From assembly GCF_009914755.1 (NCBI RefSeq), contig NC_060926.1: a DNA stretch of 64,000 nt; one strand, written 5' to 3'. This stretch comes from the human T2T-CHM13v2.0 reference genome, Homo sapiens. Under the pieces are notes generated by a model, which saw only the letters and a list, made by a program, of their open reading frames with translations, ran no database searches and was not told the DNA's origin. Below are positions 60,418-64,000 of this stretch, piece after piece (position 1 is the first letter of the stretch; each line of letters starts with the position of its first letter). A program made the position numbers and the translations under genes.

Positions 60418-62506
60418 AAAGCTCTTTTCTGACCAAAGGAACTCTCAGTTCTCAAATAACTAAAAAGCAAAGAATTTAAAATAAAAAAGCAGTGAAAACA
60501 CCAATGAGCTCACACTCTGTGAACGCCTGTCCCTGTAACAGCCCCAGTGAAATCAGTAACTTTAACCTCTCTGGCCTACTGTTCTCTCAGCTCTAAAATA
60601 GGAAAAATAATATCCTCAACCACCCTTGCCCTCCTCCCTGTGAGCATGTGAGTTCCTCAATGAGATTTATTCCCAAGGCACATGGTCGGTTTTAAGCGAG
60701 AGGATGGGAAAAGGAAACACAAAGTGGAGAGAGGACATGTGCACTCAGGCCGATGTGGATCACTGGGAGTATTTTATATTAAACCCATAATATGCACGGT
60801 AACTGCGGAAGTGGGTCCACTTCTCCTTCACTGTTCTTATTGTACATGTTGACTCTCTTCTACCCGTATTTACCAAGCTCTAAGGAGAACTGCAGAAACC
60901 AAAGAATTTTCTAAAAATAGCTTGAGACCACAAAATACTGGAAGCTCTCCAATCCCATCTTCAAAATTGAGATGTTTGTTTCTGACACGAATTATGTAAA
61001 ATGCAAATGGTAGATTGCTTTGATTTGCTAATAGAAAATATAACTTAAAAATAGTAATAGTGAAAAGTCGTTAAACCATCACCCTTCAATCTCCTGCCCA
61101 GTAAAGTAACACCCTAATTGACTAAGGTGTCTCTTGTTCATGGCTCAGTAGGGACCTAACACCCCTTTGATCCCTCAACTCCAAGTCTGAGGCCTTCGAC
61201 AAAGCCAAAACTTTTGCTTAGTTAGCTTTCCACAATGGCACAGACTTAAAACCCATTGCTGCCCTCTACTGGGAAAACTTGGAACAAAACTAACATCATT
61301 CCATCAAGCATTTGAAATCACTCTCTCTTCTCTGCTTTAATGATAATGCATAACCTTCGATATTTTATAAGTTAATTATAAGATTCCAGGAGGGGAAAAA
61401 AGCAATTCTGTAGAAACTCAGGGTAATTTTCCCTCTTTATCGACTAAAAGAAGAAACTAAATGGTAACAAACTGGGATACTGGCTTTGGACTGTTAGGAC
61501 ATGATGATGCAGTTGGCCTTGGTTAAGGCTCGACCTCCTTAGGCCTTAATTTTCAGGCCTGTACACAGAAGCATGGAAAACTAGGAGATATTTGTGGTTC
61601 TCAATTTTAAAATCCTGTAACCCTTTAGGGATAGCTTAACTCACTTTTAATAGATGGTTTTTCCTTTTCTGTTGGTATTTCAAAATATTTATAGCTTTTT
61701 AAAAATCATTCTTAATAGTCTAATGTATCTTATCCTCTGGCCTAACCTATTTAACATATCTTATACTCAGAACTTTACTGATTGTTGTATGGCTGCAGTA
61801 ATTGAGATAAATGTGACGTAAGCATCTAGCAGGATGCATAAAGGTGCACAATAAATATCGTTTTTCTCTCTTCCCCCTTCACATGTCCCCCATCTACCAG
61901 CTTCATGACCTTTCCCGTAGCTGTAGCACAGATGCTATGCCCACATACCAAAGCGCTTATTCTCTATTACTCTTTGAGTTTTGCATGTCTTGTGACGTTT
62001 GTGCGTTCTTCACAGAAAGGTGAGTTTCACTGTCTGTGCTATGTCCTTGTATCATGTGCACCTGAGTGCCCACTACTGGTAGCAGTGGTTGTAATGGAAA
62101 CAGCTGTTCTAGCAGCAGCAGAAATGGGAACAGCAGCAGGGGTGCCCACAGCTGTGGCAGCAATCATAAATGTTACAAAAACAATCTGGACTATAATAAC
62201 TATAGTAATAAAAGCAATATATGTGATTATTAAAAAATTTTGCTATAACCTGTGCCACTTATTATTTTGTCCCAACCACTATTATATTATGTATTACCTA
62301 ATTTAGTCCTCCCAAACATAGCTATTATTACCATTACCACTTCATGAGTGAGAAGCTGAGCTTCTGACGGTATCTAACAACTGTTGATGCTAACCAAACT
62401 CTCACTAGCCATCTCTCTCCCCAACATAATCTCCAAAGCCTTTTTGTCACCTCCTTCCCTCTACACTTGCTAGAACCCTGGCAAACTTCCCAGATTCCTG
62501 CAATGA

Positions 62507-62551
62507 TGCCTGCAGCATCTCCTAGTGCCTGTAGCATCTCCTAGTGCCTGT
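62507..62551. repeat. 19-bp tandem repeat x2.4 (TGCCTGYAGCATCTCCTAG)
   Basis: Units at 62507-62525 and 62526-62544, partial unit at 62545-62551. Confidence 0.95.
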
Positions 62552-63589
62552 GAATAGCACAGACATCCTCCTCACACAATTTAAATGGTGGCCGACTCAC
62601 TCTGAGAATGACAAATGCGCTCCCATTTTCCTGTGTACACCACTTAACTCTGCCTACCTTCTCCATCTATATTTCCTTCCTGTCCTCTCCGTTCTCTTCT
62701 TCTTCATTCTGAGGTATGATTTGGTGGAAAGAGCATAGATTGAGAATAAGAACTGGAGTTCACTCCTGCTTATTTGGCCATGTGACTTTGGGCAGGTCCT
62801 TTTCACCTCTCACATTTCCATCTGTAAAGTGTGACAGTAACACCTGCTCTACCTGTCTTCAAGAACAATTGTTTGGGACAAATATGGAAGCATAAATGAA
62901 AGTGATCTGAAAGCTGTGAAAGAATATTGGCTGTGTTTGTATTTAATTCTCACTACTCTTAGGCTCTTCACACATACACGCCCCTTCTCAGGGCAGGGAG
63001 GGTTTACTGTAGTGAAAGAAAGCCCTGGTTCTCACCCACTGCCAGCACCTTGATGGATCGGAAAAGAAAACATGAAGACAGGTGAATAGGCAATGGCAAT
63101 GAACTAACTACTGTAATTATTTTCCTTCTTTCTGTAGGCATCCATAGGCTTTTCCTCCATTTCACCCAAATTAACGGCAATGCAGAAACAACCTTCAATA
63201 CCCATCTGCACCCCACCCCACCTACAGGACACTCTCTTCACTCCTGATTTCACTACATACTTCTAAAATGTCCAGTCTTCCGTAGCCACAATAATCATTC
63301 TCCTTATTTACATGACAATCACACTGCCACTGCTGACTGAGCACCTGCTATGTGTCAAACACGGCACCAGACATCCTGCACAGATCATCTCTCATCCTCA
63401 CAGCAACACAATGTAAGTATTGTCAGCTCTGCCTTACAGGTTAGGCTCAGAGAGATTAGGCAGCTCACCCAACAAAAGATACAGATATAGCTCTTGCTGT
63501 TTCCAGACCAGGCATAGAGACTGGGGCAGCAGGTGCACCTCCACTTCCTGCCTAAATCTGCTAGCAAAGTGGTTTGTATTGTTTTGGTT

Positions 63590-64000
63590 TTTGTAAAATT
63601 TTTATTTTCGTTTCAGGGGCACATGTGAAGGTTTGTTTTACAGGTAAATTACGTGTTGTGGCGGTTTGGTGTACAGATTATTTCATCACCCAGGTAATAA
63701 GTGTGGTGCCCAGTAAGTTGTTTTTCGATTCTCACCCTCTTGCTATCCTCCACCCTCAAGTAGGCCCTCATGTCTATTGTTCCCTTCTTTGTGTCCATGT
63801 TTACTCAGTGCTTAATTCCTACTTATAAGTGAGAACATGCGGCATTTGGTTTTCTGTTCTTGTGCTAGTTTGCTTAGGATAATGGTCTCCACCTCCATCC
63901 ATGTTGCTGCAAAGGACATGATCTTGTTCTTTTTTATGGCTGTGTAGTATTCCATAGTGTATATGTACCACATTTTCTTTATCCAGTGTACTGTCATTTT
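63590..64000 (-). mobile_element. Older primate L1 (L1PA15/16-like) 3' end, runs off the window
   Basis: acatgtgaaggtttgttttacaggtaaatt...tggtgtacagattatttcatcacccagg; ORF 63812-63997 is the L1 ORF2 C-terminus. Confidence 0.92.

Overview
Human-type (primate) genomic DNA lying entirely inside the STK39 (SPAK, STE20/SPS1-related proline/alanine-rich kinase) gene on the minus strand. Four coding exons are present (16671-16793, 16544-16573, 6881-6943, 5062-5132; exons 11-14 by my recollection of the numbering). They encode the regulatory linker (RRVPGSSG S-motif, WEW motif, DEMD) and the start of the CCT domain, and all have canonical AG/GT boundaries that join in frame. Positions 16794-64000 are part of one very long intron (>47 kb), filled with Alu, L1, L2, CR1/L3, MIR, MaLR LTRs (THE1/MST/MLT1), MLT2 and hAT MER elements. 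None of the other ORFs in the track is a credible gene. The most interesting signals are splice-regulatory. The first exon after the long intron begins with a 5' splice-site consensus (AG|GTAAGA). The intron has a textbook recursive-splice-site motif at 28773|28772 and a candidate 13-nt stop-containing microexon at 29480-29492. The exon cluster has circRNA-prone architecture, and internal starts could yield a kinase-less CCT fragment. These are sequence-based hypotheses, not demonstrated functions. Repeat subfamily names and some boundaries are by-eye matches to remembered consensus sequences and are approximate.
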